Positions 21,595 through 30,204 of a DNA stretch of 64,000 bases are shown one piece after another; position 1 is the stretch's first letter; each line of letters starts with the position of its first letter. The notes below the pieces were generated by a model. That model worked only from the letters and a program-made list of their open reading frames with translations, was not told the DNA's origin and made no database searches. The DNA is from an uncultured bacterium (lineage in GTDB: Bacteria; Methylomirabilota; Methylomirabilia; Rokubacteriales; DASRDR01), in contig CAYQDR010000004.1 in the NCBI GenBank assembly GCA_964416315.1, positions 17,147 through 81,146 on the forward strand, read 5' to 3'. The position numbers were made by a program, and so were the translations under genes.

Positions 21595-22586
21595 TCGGCA
21601 TCGAAACCGGAGCGTTCGGGGCCGTCGCCCTCCTGCTGCTCGTGCTGGTGGCCGCGGTCGTCGTGCTCTACATGATCCCCATCCCCCTCTGGATCGCCGC
21701 CTGGTCGTCGGGAGCCTACGTGGGGCTCTTCACGCTCATCGGGATGCGCCTGCGGCGGGTGCCGCCCGGCGTGGTGGTCAACGCGCGGATCAGCGCGGTC
21801 AAGGCCGGGCTGGACATCTCCATCAACGACCTGGAGGCACACTACCTGGCCGGCGGCAACGTGGTGCGGATCGTCAACGCCCTCATCTCCGCCGACAAGG
21901 CGAACATCCCGATGACGCTCAAGCGCGCGGCCGCCATCGACCTGGCCGGGCGCGACGTGCTGGAGGCCGTGAAGATGTCGGTCATCCCCAAGGTGATCGA
22001 GACGCCGCGGATCGCCGCCGTGGCCAAGGACGGGATCCAGCTGATGGCGGTCTCCCGGGTGACCGTCCGGACCAACATCGAGCGGCTCGTCGGCGGCGCC
22101 GGTGAGGAGACCGTGATCGCCCGGGTCGGCGAAGGCATGGTCAGCACCATCGGCTCGGCCGCCAGCCACAAGGACGTGCTGGAGAACCCGGATCACATCT
22201 CCAAGCACATCCTGTCGAAGGGGCTCGACGCGGGGACGGCCTACGAGATCCTGTCGATCGACATCGCGGACGTGGACGTGGGCGAGAACATCGGCGCGAA
22301 GCTCCAGATCGACCAGGCCAACGCCGACAAGCAGATCGCGCAGGCGAAGGCGGAGGAGCGGCGGGCCATGGCGGTGGCCGAGGAACAGGAGATGCGCGCC
22401 AAAGTCGTGGCGGCCGAAGCGGAGGTGCCGCGCGCGATGGCCGAGGCCTTCCGCCAGGGCCATCTCGGGATCATGGACTACTACCGGATGAAGAACGTGC
22501 AGGCAGATACGGCCATGCGAGAGGCGATCGGGGGGACCGGGGGCGAGTCGCCGGGCGACAAGACGCGGGATGCGGGACGTCAATGA
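21591..22586 (+). CDS. floA: flotillin-like protein FloA (SPFH, UPF0365/YqfA)
   Basis: [18 protein letters not shown]... Overlaps the nfeD stop (ATGA). SD GGAG. Confidence 0.85.
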   Translation: MIGIETGAFGAVALLLLVLVAAVVVLYMIPIPLWIAAWSSGAYVGLFTLIGMRLRRVPPGVVVNARISAVKAGLDISINDLEAHYLAGGNVVRIVNALISADKANIPMTLKRAAAIDLAGRDVLEAVKMSVIPKVIETPRIAAVAKDGIQLMAVSRVTVRTNIERLVGGAGEETVIARVGEGMVSTIGSAASHKDVLENPDHISKHILSKGLDAGTAYEILSIDIADVDVGENIGAKLQIDQANADKQIAQAKAEERRAMAVAEEQEMRAKVVAAEAEVPRAMAEAFRQGHLGIMDYYRMKNVQADTAMREAIGGTGGESPGDKTRDAGRQ

Positions 22587-22945
22587 CGCCCGAACAGCTC
22601 CTCTTCCTGGCGGTCTTCGCCCTGGTGCCCCTGATCAACTTCCTCCTCCCCTGGCTTCGCAAGCGGATGGAGGGCGCGGGGGCGCGCCAGCCCGAGCCGG
22701 CGCCGCGAGAGGCGCCGCCTCGGGCGACCCGGCCCCACCCCCTCCAGCCCGCTCGGACCAACGTGACCCAGGAGGGGCCACGGAGGGAGGTCCTGCCGGT
22801 GCGCATCCAGCCTCTCGCCGTCCGCCGCTTCGCGCACGGACGGCTCGGGAGTCGGCGGGAGCTGCGCCGTGGCATCGTCCTGATGGCGATCCTCGGCCCG
22901 TGCCGCGGGCTGGAGCGCCGCCAGCCACCGGACCAGCCCCTTTGA
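22583..22945 (+). CDS. small single-TM protein, third gene of the nfeD-floA operon
   Basis: ATGA overlap with the floA stop. N-terminal hydrophobic helix. Confidence 0.45.
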   Translation: MTPEQLLFLAVFALVPLINFLLPWLRKRMEGAGARQPEPAPREAPPRATRPHPLQPARTNVTQEGPRREVLPVRIQPLAVRRFAHGRLGSRRELRRGIVLMAILGPCRGLERRQPPDQPL

Positions 22946-22972
22946 CCGGCCGCCGGCGGAGCGGCGGGCCGA

Positions 22973-23233
22973 GTGCTGCGGGTGCGCCTCCGCCAGACAG
23001 ACCCCCGCTACGCACCGTTCGTGGATCGCGCGACGGAGCGCGAGGTGCTCGGGCTCAGAATGTCGGTGGCTGCGCTGGACGACGTGCTCCAGGGGAAGCT
23101 CTGGGCGGTGACCGACCCTGAGCGTCGCCCGAGCAAGCGTCAGAAGGACCTCGCCGACATCGCGCGGCTCCTGGAGGGCCACCCCCACCTGCGCGACCGG
23201 GTGCCCGCGGAGGTCCTCGCCCGCCTCATCTGA
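22973..23233 (+). CDS. hypothetical protein (possibly a C-terminal gene fragment)
   Basis: 86-aa ORF. Not confidently assigned to any family. Confidence 0.25.
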   Translation: MLRVRLRQTDPRYAPFVDRATEREVLGLRMSVAALDDVLQGKLWAVTDPERRPSKRQKDLADIARLLEGHPHLRDRVPAEVLARLI

Positions 23234-24017
23234 GGCCGCGCCCCGGGCCGAGCCGGCGGCGGGCCTCGGCGAACACCGCCTCGAACATCGGCCAGGTGAG
23301 CCGGCCGGTCTGCGTGTTCTGGCGGCTCGGGTGGTACGAGGCGAGGAGCGTCACGCCCCAGGGGAGCTGGTGCGCCGCACCGTGGGCAAACCGCGGCCGG
23401 GGGCGCGGGGTCGCCCGGCCGAGCGCCGCCATCGCCGAGAGGTAGGCGTCGAAGCCGATCCGCCCGAGGGCGACGACGACCCGCACGCGCCGGAGGAGCG
23501 CGAGCTCCCCCCGGAGGTAACCGGCGCAGCGCGCGAGCTCGCGCCGCAGGGGTCGGTTGTCCGGCGGCGCGCAGTGGACCGCCGCCGTGATGTACGCGTC
23601 GAGCAGCCGGAAGCCGTCGCCACGGTGGCGCGAGGTCGGTTGCGTGGCGAAGCCGTGCGTGTGGAGCGCCCGGGCGAGCCACTCCCCGCTCCCCCCCGGC
23701 ACGTCCCCCGTGAACATGCGGCCCGTGCGGTTGCCACCGTGAGCGGCGGGCGCCAGCCCCACGAGGAGGAGCCGCGCGCCGGCGGACCCGAGGCTCGGCA
23801 CGGGGCGCGCCCAGTAGCGCCGGCCCCGGTAGCGCCGGGGCGGCTCGGCGGCGACGGCCTCGCGGTGCCGGACGAGCCGCGGGCAGAGGCGGCACGCGAT
23901 GATCCGCCCCTGGAGGGCCGCGAGCGCCGCCGCCGCGCGGCGCCGGGGCTCACGCCGGGTCGAGAACCGAGCAGCCCTAGGACGCAGGGAGGAGGCGCCC
24001 CGAGGCGTATGCTGCAT
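23226..24017 (-). CDS. udg: uracil-DNA glycosylase superfamily protein (UdgB-like, GLAPA motif, 4Fe-4S cysteines)
   Basis: CRLCPRL, LLLVGLAPAAHGGNRTGRMFTGD. ATG at 24017 (M45 of the track ORF). Confidence 0.7.
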   Translation of the reverse strand: MQHTPRGASSLRPRAARFSTRREPRRRAAAALAALQGRIIACRLCPRLVRHREAVAAEPPRRYRGRRYWARPVPSLGSAGARLLLVGLAPAAHGGNRTGRMFTGDVPGGSGEWLARALHTHGFATQPTSRHRGDGFRLLDAYITAAVHCAPPDNRPLRRELARCAGYLRGELALLRRVRVVVALGRIGFDAYLSAMAALGRATPRPRPRFAHGAAHQLPWGVTLLASYHPSRQNTQTGRLTWPMFEAVFAEARRRLGPGRGLR

Positions 24018-24132
24018 ACGTTGAGGGGCGCCGACGACCCCACCGGAGGGGCGGGACGCCCGCGAGGTCGCAGGCCGAGCGCGTCCCGACGAGCTGGAGG
24101 ACGCCGGGATGCGACGGTTATCGGCCCGGCGC

Positions 24133-24864
24133 TCAGTCGCGCGCGGCACCGAGGTATGCCTGCACCACCGCCGGCGCCGCCGCGACGGCCTCGGGCGGCC
24201 CCTCGGCGATCTTCTCCCCGTGGTGCAGGACGACGATCCGATCCGAGAGCGCCATGATCGCCTTCATGATGTGCTCGATCATGACGATGGTCGTCCCGCG
24301 CCGGCGGATCTCCCGGATCAGGTCCATCAACGCCCGCGCCTCGGCCGCCCGGATGCCCGAGAGCACCTCGTCGAGGAGGAGGAGCTGCGGACGCGTGGCG
24401 AGGGCGCGGGCGATCTCGAGCCGCTTCCGGTCGGCGAGCGGGAGCGCCTGAGCGGGCTCACCAGCCCGCCCCTCGAGCCCGACGGCGGCGAGGAGCCGCC
24501 GCGCCTCCTCCACCGGCGGCCCGACGGCGCGGGCCCGGCCCCCGAAGTGGAGGCCCACGAGGACGTTCTCGGCGACGGTGAGGCTCGGCAGGATCCTCAC
24601 GAGCTGGAACGTCCGGGCGATGCCGAGTCGCGAGATCCGGAACGGGGGGAGGCCGGTGATCGGCGCCCCGCGGAACCGCACGGCGCCGTCGCTCGGGCGC
24701 ACGAGCCCCGTCACGACGTTGAAGAGCGTGGTCTTCCCCGCCCCGTTCGGTCCGATCAGTCCGACGATCTCCCCGGGGGCGACGGCAAAGTCGATCCCGG
24801 CGAGGGCGGCGACGCCACCGAAGCGAACGGTGAGATTCTCGACCTCGAGAAGCGGGGCATTCAT
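24133..24864 (-). CDS. livG: branched-chain amino acid ABC transporter ATP-binding protein LivG
   Basis: Walker A GPNGAGKTT, LSGG-like signature, Walker B. 243 aa. Confidence 0.85.
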   Translation of the reverse strand: MNAPLLEVENLTVRFGGVAALAGIDFAVAPGEIVGLIGPNGAGKTTLFNVVTGLVRPSDGAVRFRGAPITGLPPFRISRLGIARTFQLVRILPSLTVAENVLVGLHFGGRARAVGPPVEEARRLLAAVGLEGRAGEPAQALPLADRKRLEIARALATRPQLLLLDEVLSGIRAAEARALMDLIREIRRRGTTIVMIEHIMKAIMALSDRIVVLHHGEKIAEGPPEAVAAAPAVVQAYLGAARD

Positions 24865-24946
24865 GCGGGAAGGCGCGCCCAGTATAGCAGGGCCTGCCGG
24901 GCTGGTCTCCTTGACAGCCGTTCCGCCCGCCCGCTACCGTGAGCCC

Positions 24947-25828
24947 GTGATCCCGGCCCTCATCGCCCAGGGCGGCGCCGGGGCGGACCCCGGCGAGCAC
25001 GCGAGCTACCGCGAGGCGCTGCGGGCGGCGCTCGCCGCCGGCTGGGCGCGCCTTCGGACGGGCGCCTCCGCCCTCGACGCCGTCGAGGCGTGCGTCGCGG
25101 CGATGGAGGACGACCCGCGGTTCAACGCCGGCCACGGCTCCGTGCTGACCGAGGCGGGCACGGTCGAGTGCGACGCCTCGATCATGGAGGGCGGGCGCCT
25201 CGGCGCGGGGGCGGTCGGCGCCGTCGCCGGCGTGCCGCATCCGATCACCCTCGCACGCCGCGTCCTCGAGGACGGGCAGCACATCCTCCTGGTCGGCGAG
25301 GGGGCGCTCGCGTTCGCGCGCGAGCGCGGCGTCCCGCTCTGCGACCCGGCCGCCCTCGTGATCGAGCGCCAGCGGGCGCGGCTCGCCGAGCACCTGGCGG
25401 GACGGAGCCCGGTCCCCGCGCCCGGCGGGACCGTCGGGGCCGTCGCCATCGACGCGCGCGGGCTGATCGCGGCGGGGACCTCGACGGGCGGGCGCGTCGG
25501 CAAGCGCGCCGGCCGCGTCGGGGACTCGGCCCTGATCGGCGCCGGCACCTACGCCGACAACCGCCTCGGGGGCGCCTCGACGACCGGACACGGCGAGGCG
25601 TTCATCCGCACGGTCCTCGCCAAGACCGCCCTCGACATCCTCAAGGATCTCGACGACCCCGAGACCGCCGTCCACGTGGCGATGGACGTCCTCCGGGAGG
25701 ACGGCGGGGGCGACGGCGGGCTCGTCCTCATGGACTGGCGGGGGCGGCTCGGCTTCGCCCACACGACGCCGTTCATGCCGGTCGGCTGGTGCCTGCCTGG
25801 CGCCGCGGAGCCGCTCCTCGGGTTCTGA
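24947..25828 (+). CDS. iaaA: isoaspartyl peptidase/L-asparaginase (Ntn hydrolase)
   Basis: GTG start. GTVGAVAID and TSTGG motifs. The upstream in-frame extension overlaps livG antisense. Confidence 0.8.
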   Translation: MIPALIAQGGAGADPGEHASYREALRAALAAGWARLRTGASALDAVEACVAAMEDDPRFNAGHGSVLTEAGTVECDASIMEGGRLGAGAVGAVAGVPHPITLARRVLEDGQHILLVGEGALAFARERGVPLCDPAALVIERQRARLAEHLAGRSPVPAPGGTVGAVAIDARGLIAAGTSTGGRVGKRAGRVGDSALIGAGTYADNRLGGASTTGHGEAFIRTVLAKTALDILKDLDDPETAVHVAMDVLREDGGGDGGLVLMDWRGRLGFAHTTPFMPVGWCLPGAAEPLLGF

Positions 25829-25834
25829 GCGCCG

Positions 25835-25927
25835 TTACTTCACGATCATCACGGTGCAGGGCGCCAGCCGGCTCAGGCTCTGCGTTGTGCTCCCCATGAT
25901 CCGTCCCCAGATGTAAGCGGTTTCCAT
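25835..25927 (-). CDS. 30-aa small ORF (METAYIWGRIMGSTTQSLSRLAPCTVMIVK) downstream of the Cys-rich gene
   Basis: ATG 11 nt after the Cys-rich gene stop. GAGGG 4 nt upstream. GC3 26/30. Confidence 0.25.
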   Translation of the reverse strand: METAYIWGRIMGSTTQSLSRLAPCTVMIVK

Positions 25928-25938
25928 TCAGCCCTCGC

Positions 25939-27108
25939 TCAGTCCGCCGCGCCCGATCGCCTCCCGTCGTCAGGCGCTTTCTCCGACGGTGGCTCGTACT
26001 TGGCCAGGCGGGCCTTCAACTGCTCGATCTCGGCGCGGAGGTCGCGCACCACTGCTTCCCAGGTCTGGGCCGCCGCTCGCTCGCCGGCGAGGTTCATCTC
26101 GAGGACCTGCCGATCCTCGCTCACCGACCAGAGGCGGTAGTGGAGCGCCGAGGCCCGGCTGGATTCATCGCCGAGCTGCTGGGTCAGCTCCCGGAGCCGC
26201 AGCTCGAGCCGCCCCTTCTCGAAGGCGAGGGCCTCGAGGCGCTCCCGCACCGCCTCGGCCGACTCGGGGGGGCCTGCCCCCGGCTCCCGCGGGCTCAGCG
26301 AGCCCGGGGCCGGGGGAGTCGGCGCGAAAGATCTCGGGATCTCGTTTCCGAATAGCTCCCTCCAGCCGACCAAGAACGTCAGCGCCGCCGTCCACGACGC
26401 CGCCTCCTCGGGCGTGAAGGGCGCCTGCTTCCGGTAGTCGTGCTTGTCGATGAACTCCCGAAGGTCCCTGGCGAGCCGGTCGAGCTTGCGTAGCGTTCGC
26501 GCGACGAGAGGGGCAGCGCCGTGATGCCCGGCGTAGTGCCCGAGGGCCAGCGTCAGGTGCTGAAGGCAGAGCCCATCCGACCGGTCGTAGGCTCGGTCCA
26601 ACTCCGCATCCTCGATGTAGTCGAGCAGCGTGTGGAGGTAGCCGTCCTCGGCGCTCGCCAGCGCGGTGCAGAGAGGACAGCGCGCTCGGTTCGCCCGCGC
26701 CTGGACGAGCCCGACCGGCTCGGCTCGGCGGAAGAGGCGCCGCCATCCCCTAACGATCCGGGAGCCGCTCAGCTCCCGGTGCGTCACACTCAACCACGCC
26801 CGCACTTGGCCGAGGAGACCCTGGTAGATAAGCCCGATCCCGAGGGCACTGTTCCGGACGTCCGTGGACATCCACGCGTGCCAGCTACAGAAGCCCCACG
26901 ACCGATCGAGTACGGCTCGGGTCCCCGGATCGTTCACCTGCTCGTACAGGAGCGCGTCCAGCGACCGGACGGTCAACTCGCGGAGACAACGGCAGACCGG
27001 ACACCCCGGCTTCCCGCACGCGTCCACCAGGTGGAAGTACGCGATGAACTTGCTCGGGCGAGCCTCGGGACGCCAGCCCAGGTCTCTCAGCAACCGGTCG
27101 AGGTCCAC
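25939..27108 (-). CDS. Cys-rich (putative zinc-binding) protein with C-terminal coiled coil, hypothetical
   Basis: CGKPGCPVCRC, CSWHAW, CPLCTAL, CLQH motifs. Heptad-rich C-terminus. GTG start 21 nt after the GTPase stop. Confidence 0.7.
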   Translation of the reverse strand: MDLDRLLRDLGWRPEARPSKFIAYFHLVDACGKPGCPVCRCLRELTVRSLDALLYEQVNDPGTRAVLDRSWGFCSWHAWMSTDVRNSALGIGLIYQGLLGQVRAWLSVTHRELSGSRIVRGWRRLFRRAEPVGLVQARANRARCPLCTALASAEDGYLHTLLDYIEDAELDRAYDRSDGLCLQHLTLALGHYAGHHGAAPLVARTLRKLDRLARDLREFIDKHDYRKQAPFTPEEAASWTAALTFLVGWRELFGNEIPRSFAPTPPAPGSLSPREPGAGPPESAEAVRERLEALAFEKGRLELRLRELTQQLGDESSRASALHYRLWSVSEDRQVLEMNLAGERAAAQTWEAVVRDLRAEIEQLKARLAKYEPPSEKAPDDGRRSGAAD

Positions 27109-27129
27109 CTGCCTCTTCCCTCTCTCGCG

Positions 27130-28839
27130 TCAAGCCGGGCGCTCAACCCCCGGATGCAGCGCGAGGACGCGCTCGCGGAGGGACTCGAGGCGCGACAGCT
27201 CGGCGCGAACCGCCTCGGCGCCGGCCACGTGGCGGTCCCGTGCCCGTCGCAGCGCGCGCTCCGCCGAAGTCGAGAGCCCACGCAGGAGGGATACGATCTC
27301 CGATTCGAGTCGGCGCCGGTCTTCGGCCGCACGGTCGACGAGGTCGTTGGACACCCGAGCGCTGTTCGTGACGAGAAGCCGTTCGAGGTAGCGGCGAGCG
27401 TCCTCCCGGGCAGCCACGATCGCCCGTCGGCGCGGACGCAGCAGCGTCGCCAACCGCCCTCCGGGACGCGGGCTCGCGACGGTGAGGAGGTCGTGAAAGT
27501 AGAAACGACGCTTCGCTCGAAACGTGGTCTCCCCCACGAGCTCGCCGGACAATCGGGCGAGTGTCGGGTCGCCGGAAGTTCTCAAGCGCGCCAGGAATGC
27601 GTTAGCCCCTTCGATGAACCGTCCGGTCGCACGACGATAGAGCTCCTCGGCCCTCGGCTCGACATCCCGCAGCCACTCCTCGATGACCCGGCGGGCGATC
27701 CCTCGGGCGAGCTCCATCGCGCGGTCTCGCACCCCTCGCTTCGCCCGTGCGTCCCCGCCCATGAGGGCCCGGTCGAGCTCGCCCAGCGCTGCCGGGAGGG
27801 CTCGCGCGACGCAGGCGCCACGCTCGGCGTCGAACGCGCTCACCAGGTCGGCCTGTGCGGCGGCCAACAACGGCCGGATGTCCGCGAGGGTGCGCTCGGC
27901 GTCCGCGATGCTCCGTCGGAGCTCCGCGATCCGGTCGTCGAGCGGGCGCAGGAGCGCCTCCCGGTGCTCGTCGATCGCTCGGAGTAGACGGCCCGCCACG
28001 CGGCTGACGCCGCGGGTGGCCGCCGCCCGCAGGAGTTCGACGCCCGAATCGCGGGCGAGCGCCTCCAGCTCCGCCTCGAGTGCCTTCCAATCCCGCGTGA
28101 TCTGGCCGGACAGCCGCTCGGCCGCGCTGACCTCGAGGAACTCGACCGGTCGGGAGAGCCGTCTCGTGAGCAGCGCCTCCGCGAATTGGCGAGCCTCCTG
28201 ACGGTCGGCATCGGACAGGCGATCGGCCTTGCTCAGCACGAAGATGAGCCGCTCGGTCTGCCGCGCCACCTCCTCCACCAGGGCCAGCTCCTCTCCGGAA
28301 AGCGGAGGATCGGCGCCCAGGACAACCAGCGCGGCGTCCACGTGGGGGACGAAGTCGCGTGCAATCTTCGTGCTGGCAGAAAACACCGATCCGATGCCCG
28401 GGGTGTCGACGAAGCACATTCCAGACGCGAGCAAGGGGCTCGGAACGAAGACTTCGACGCCCTCGACCCGCTTCCGGTTCTCGGGGTTCTGCCCTTCGGT
28501 CACGTACGCTGCCAGCGCCGCCGGATCGATTTCCTCCCACGCGGAGCCGGCGCGTCGGACGCGCGCCGCGCGACGCGGCCCGTGTCTGACGACCGTCAGC
28601 ACGGCCGTCACGGGCACGACGCCGGTCGGGAGCAGAGGGTCGCCGATGAGCGCGTTGAGAAGCGTGGACTTGCCGCGCTTGAACTGACCAGCGCACGCGA
28701 CGAACGAGCGCCCCTCGGCCAGCCGCTCGGCGAGCGACTGTCCCTCAGCGGCCAGTTCGTCCGCGCCGACGTCGGCCGCGACCTCGACGAGCTGGCGCAG
28801 GACCTCCGTGAACTCGGCGTCGGCAGGCGGCTGGAACAA
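27130..28839 (-). CDS. bacterial dynamin-like GTPase (dynamin family, BDLP/DynA/LeoA-like)
   Basis: G1 GQFKRGKSTLLNALIG, G2 PVT, G3 DTPG, G4 SKAD. About 570 aa from TTG 28839. The upstream 90 codons of the track ORF are R/S-rich junk that overlap pup. Confidence 0.75.
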   Translation of the reverse strand: MFQPPADAEFTEVLRQLVEVAADVGADELAAEGQSLAERLAEGRSFVACAGQFKRGKSTLLNALIGDPLLPTGVVPVTAVLTVVRHGPRRAARVRRAGSAWEEIDPAALAAYVTEGQNPENRKRVEGVEVFVPSPLLASGMCFVDTPGIGSVFSASTKIARDFVPHVDAALVVLGADPPLSGEELALVEEVARQTERLIFVLSKADRLSDADRQEARQFAEALLTRRLSRPVEFLEVSAAERLSGQITRDWKALEAELEALARDSGVELLRAAATRGVSRVAGRLLRAIDEHREALLRPLDDRIAELRRSIADAERTLADIRPLLAAAQADLVSAFDAERGACVARALPAALGELDRALMGGDARAKRGVRDRAMELARGIARRVIEEWLRDVEPRAEELYRRATGRFIEGANAFLARLRTSGDPTLARLSGELVGETTFRAKRRFYFHDLLTVASPRPGGRLATLLRPRRRAIVAAREDARRYLERLLVTNSARVSNDLVDRAAEDRRRLESEIVSLLRGLSTSAERALRRARDRHVAGAEAVRAELSRLESLRERVLALHPGVERPA

Positions 28840-28846
28840 CTCGTGC

Positions 28847-29047
28847 CTATTCTCCGCCGCGCTGGACGTAGCTCTTGACGAACTCCTCCGCATTCTCCTC
28901 GAGGACGTCGTCGATGTCTTCGAGAATCTCGTCGAGGCCCTTCTTGAGCGCCCTGCCCTTCTCGGCGACCCTCGGGTTACCCCCGGGCGCTTCGCTCTCC
29001 GTCTCCGGCGTGACTGGCCGCTTGATCTGGCGATCCTGCTCGGCCAT
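28847..29047 (-). CDS. pup: prokaryotic ubiquitin-like protein Pup (GGE C-terminus)
   Basis: 66 aa. ...LDEILEDIDDVLEENAEEFVKSYVQRGGE closely matches the conserved Pup C-terminal helix and di-Gly terminus. SD GGGAGG 6 nt upstream. Confidence 0.8.
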   Translation of the reverse strand: MAEQDRQIKRPVTPETESEAPGGNPRVAEKGRALKKGLDEILEDIDDVLEENAEEFVKSYVQRGGE

Positions 29048-29075
29048 GGCGCACCTCCCGAGGCGCGTGCGCGGG

Positions 29076-29112
29076 AAACAAAAACTCCTACCGGCCCGAG
29101 TCCAGTAGGAGT
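29076..29112 (-). terminator. intrinsic terminator (8-bp stem ACTCCTAC/GTAGGAGT, 13-nt loop, TTTTTGTTT)
   Basis: Seen on the minus strand, downstream of the antiporter gene and within the 5' leader of pup. Confidence 0.5.
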
Positions 29113-29166
29113 CATCAGCTGCCCCGGCGGCAGCGGTTTAGAGGGCGAACTCCATCGCCCGCGTTT

Positions 29167-29197
29167 AGTTTACGCTTATCCGGGGCCTACGAGTCAA
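29167..29197 (-). promoter_or_regulatory. possible sigma70-like promoter TTGACT-19-TAAACT overlapping the antiporter stop
   Basis: -35 at 29192..29197 and -10 at 29167..29172 on the minus strand. Confidence 0.25.
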
Positions 29198-30129
29198 GTC
29201 CGGAACAGGTGGGGCAGGTTGAGCGCGAGGTAGCCGAGGTAGAGCGCGACCAGGAGGCCCCCCGTCCCGCGTCCGAGCCGCCGCGCCCGGCCGAGCGCCG
29301 CCGCGACGAGGAGGACACAGCCCGCGAGGTAGGGAGCGTGGAGGCGCAGCACCAGCGGGTCCGCCGTCACGGGCCGGACGAGGGCAATGACCCCCAGGTT
29401 GAGGCCGAGGAGGACGATCGTGGTCCCCACGACGTTCCCCCAGGCGAGCTCGGGGTGCCCGCGGCGCGCCGGTGCCACCATCCGGGCGGTCTCCTCGAGG
29501 CTCTCGCCGAGCGCGACGACGGTCATACCGAAGAACGTCTCCGAGAGCCCGAGCGTGCCGATGAGCAGGCCCGCGCCCCAGACCGCGAGCTCCGCGCCGA
29601 GGACGAGCGCGACGAGCCCGACGGCGAGGAGGCCGAACGCGCGCGCGCGCAGCGCCGGCCGACCGGGCTCCGCGCTCGGGGTTCCGAGGAAGGCCGGCGC
29701 GGAGCGGTAGAGCCACGCGAGCAGGACCACCGCCGCGACGACGAGGAGCGCCCCGTCGAGCCGGCTGACCGCGCCGTCGAGCCCGAGGCCGACGGCGAAC
29801 GGCACGAGGGCGAGGAGCATCGCCAGGCCGCCGGCCCGGGGAATCCCGACCTCCATCGGGACCAGGAGGAGCGCCAGCCCCAGCCCGCCCGTCAGCAGGA
29901 AGATCGCGGAGCCGATGACCGTCCCCAGCGCGACCTGCGGCAAGCCCCCGAGCGTCGCGGCCACGCCCGTGGCGAGGTTCTCGGGCTCGAAGCCGGAGAC
30001 GACAACGCCGACCAGGAAGGGACTCACCGCGAAGCGCGCCGCGGTCGCGAGGGCGCCGTCCGTGAACCGCTCGGCGCCCCAGAGGACGAGCCCCAGTCCG
30101 ACGAGGAAGAGCGCCGCCCCGACCCACAT
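29194..30129 (-). CDS. Ca2+/cation antiporter (CaCA family, YrbG-like)
   Basis: Two GxSxPE-type alpha repeats (GFEPENLATG, GESLEE). 10 TM helices. ATG 30129. Confidence 0.75.
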   Translation of the reverse strand: MWVGAALFLVGLGLVLWGAERFTDGALATAARFAVSPFLVGVVVSGFEPENLATGVAATLGGLPQVALGTVIGSAIFLLTGGLGLALLLVPMEVGIPRAGGLAMLLALVPFAVGLGLDGAVSRLDGALLVVAAVVLLAWLYRSAPAFLGTPSAEPGRPALRARAFGLLAVGLVALVLGAELAVWGAGLLIGTLGLSETFFGMTVVALGESLEETARMVAPARRGHPELAWGNVVGTTIVLLGLNLGVIALVRPVTADPLVLRLHAPYLAGCVLLVAAALGRARRLGRGTGGLLVALYLGYLALNLPHLFRT

Positions 30130-30204
30130 GGCGCCCCCCACTATACAGGCGCTCGAAACGCCGCTCCCCTGGCGCGCCGCGCCGTGGAGCGCTATCCTGG
30201 GGGC

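Noticed and set aside
28847-29115. N-terminal 90 codons of the track ORF 27130..29115
   Set aside because: R/S-rich and out of character. It overlaps pup in another frame. The GTPase more plausibly starts at TTG 28839, just after the pup stop.
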